DNA of 64,000 nucleotides from positions 585,368-649,367 of the forward strand of contig RHPI01002533.1 in assembly GCA_009103225.1 (NCBI GenBank). The letters are read 5' to 3'. Source of the DNA: Chlorokybus atmophyticus (lineage: Eukaryota > Plantae > Mesostigma and Chlorokybus algae). How positions within the stretch are numbered: position 1 is the first letter of the stretch; each line of letters begins with the position of its first letter. The notes below the pieces were generated by a model that saw nothing but the letters and a program-made list of their open reading frames with translations, did not search any database and was not told the origin of the DNA. This document shows positions 63,724 to 64,000 of the stretch, in pieces. The position numbers and the translations under genes were made by a program.

Positions 63724-64000
63724 GTGGACAGTCCAAGTCTGGTCATTAAGAAGAACGAGATGGCTTCTCTTGGCTTGCCTTGCTGGTGAACGACAACCAA
63801 GATGGACCGGTGTGGGGAGGAGTTGGGGAGCAGGTGTTGACCGCCGTGGAGGCGGAGTGTGTGCAGCTAATGCGGGCCCTCTGCTGAAGTGCGGAGCAGC
63901 ATCAAAGGCTTGTTTTGGCCGCTTTGTCATGCAGTTGGGGTCGGGGCCCCCAAGAGAAGCAAAGCCTCCTGGAACTGGCGTACAATTAGCAGCGCCAAGT

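Noticed and set aside
63325-63930. 201-aa minus-strand ORF overlapping the ORC2 3' end
   Set aside because: Largely antisense to ORC2 exons and introns, low complexity, with no recognisable motif; may only partly belong to a neighbouring gene beyond the window.

Overview
Eukaryotic nuclear DNA with short GT-AG introns. A plastid transit peptide, a centriolar WRAP73 gene and a Cu/Zn-SOD suggest a flagellate-forming green alga, possibly an early streptophyte (inference). The flanks are ordinary gene-dense DNA. Left flank: a plastid-targeted PI4KII-like atypical kinase and a TRAF-type zinc-finger membrane protein. Right flank: RPN9, WRAP73, a signal-peptide Cu/Zn-SOD, SYP81 and ORC2. The middle (~8.8-46.4 kb) is an accessory region with four components. 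(i) A ~5-kb segment present twice, each copy encoding a ~860-aa GHKL-ATPase + C-terminal HExxH metallopeptidase protein in one long exon; the first copy is frameshifted by a 2-bp deletion. (ii) Between the copies, a decayed Ty3/gypsy chromovirus. Its RNase H is split by a 2067-bp CACAC-ended DNA transposon (3-bp TSD), and a 541-bp TRIM (80-bp LTRs, 5-bp TSD, split Pol III A/B boxes) sits upstream of gag. (iii) A decayed Plavaka-type transposase lying tail-to-tail with a small phage/bacterial-type C5-cytosine methyltransferase, followed by a decayed gene with an OTU protease domain; clusters of a GTACCAT motif punctuate this block. (iv) Tandem repeats and perfect palindromes. A Penelope-like retroelement fragment lies at ~56.5-57.5 kb. 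Poly-G/poly-C runs with N gaps are treated as assembly artefacts. All family assignments come from motif recognition by eye; no searches were run.
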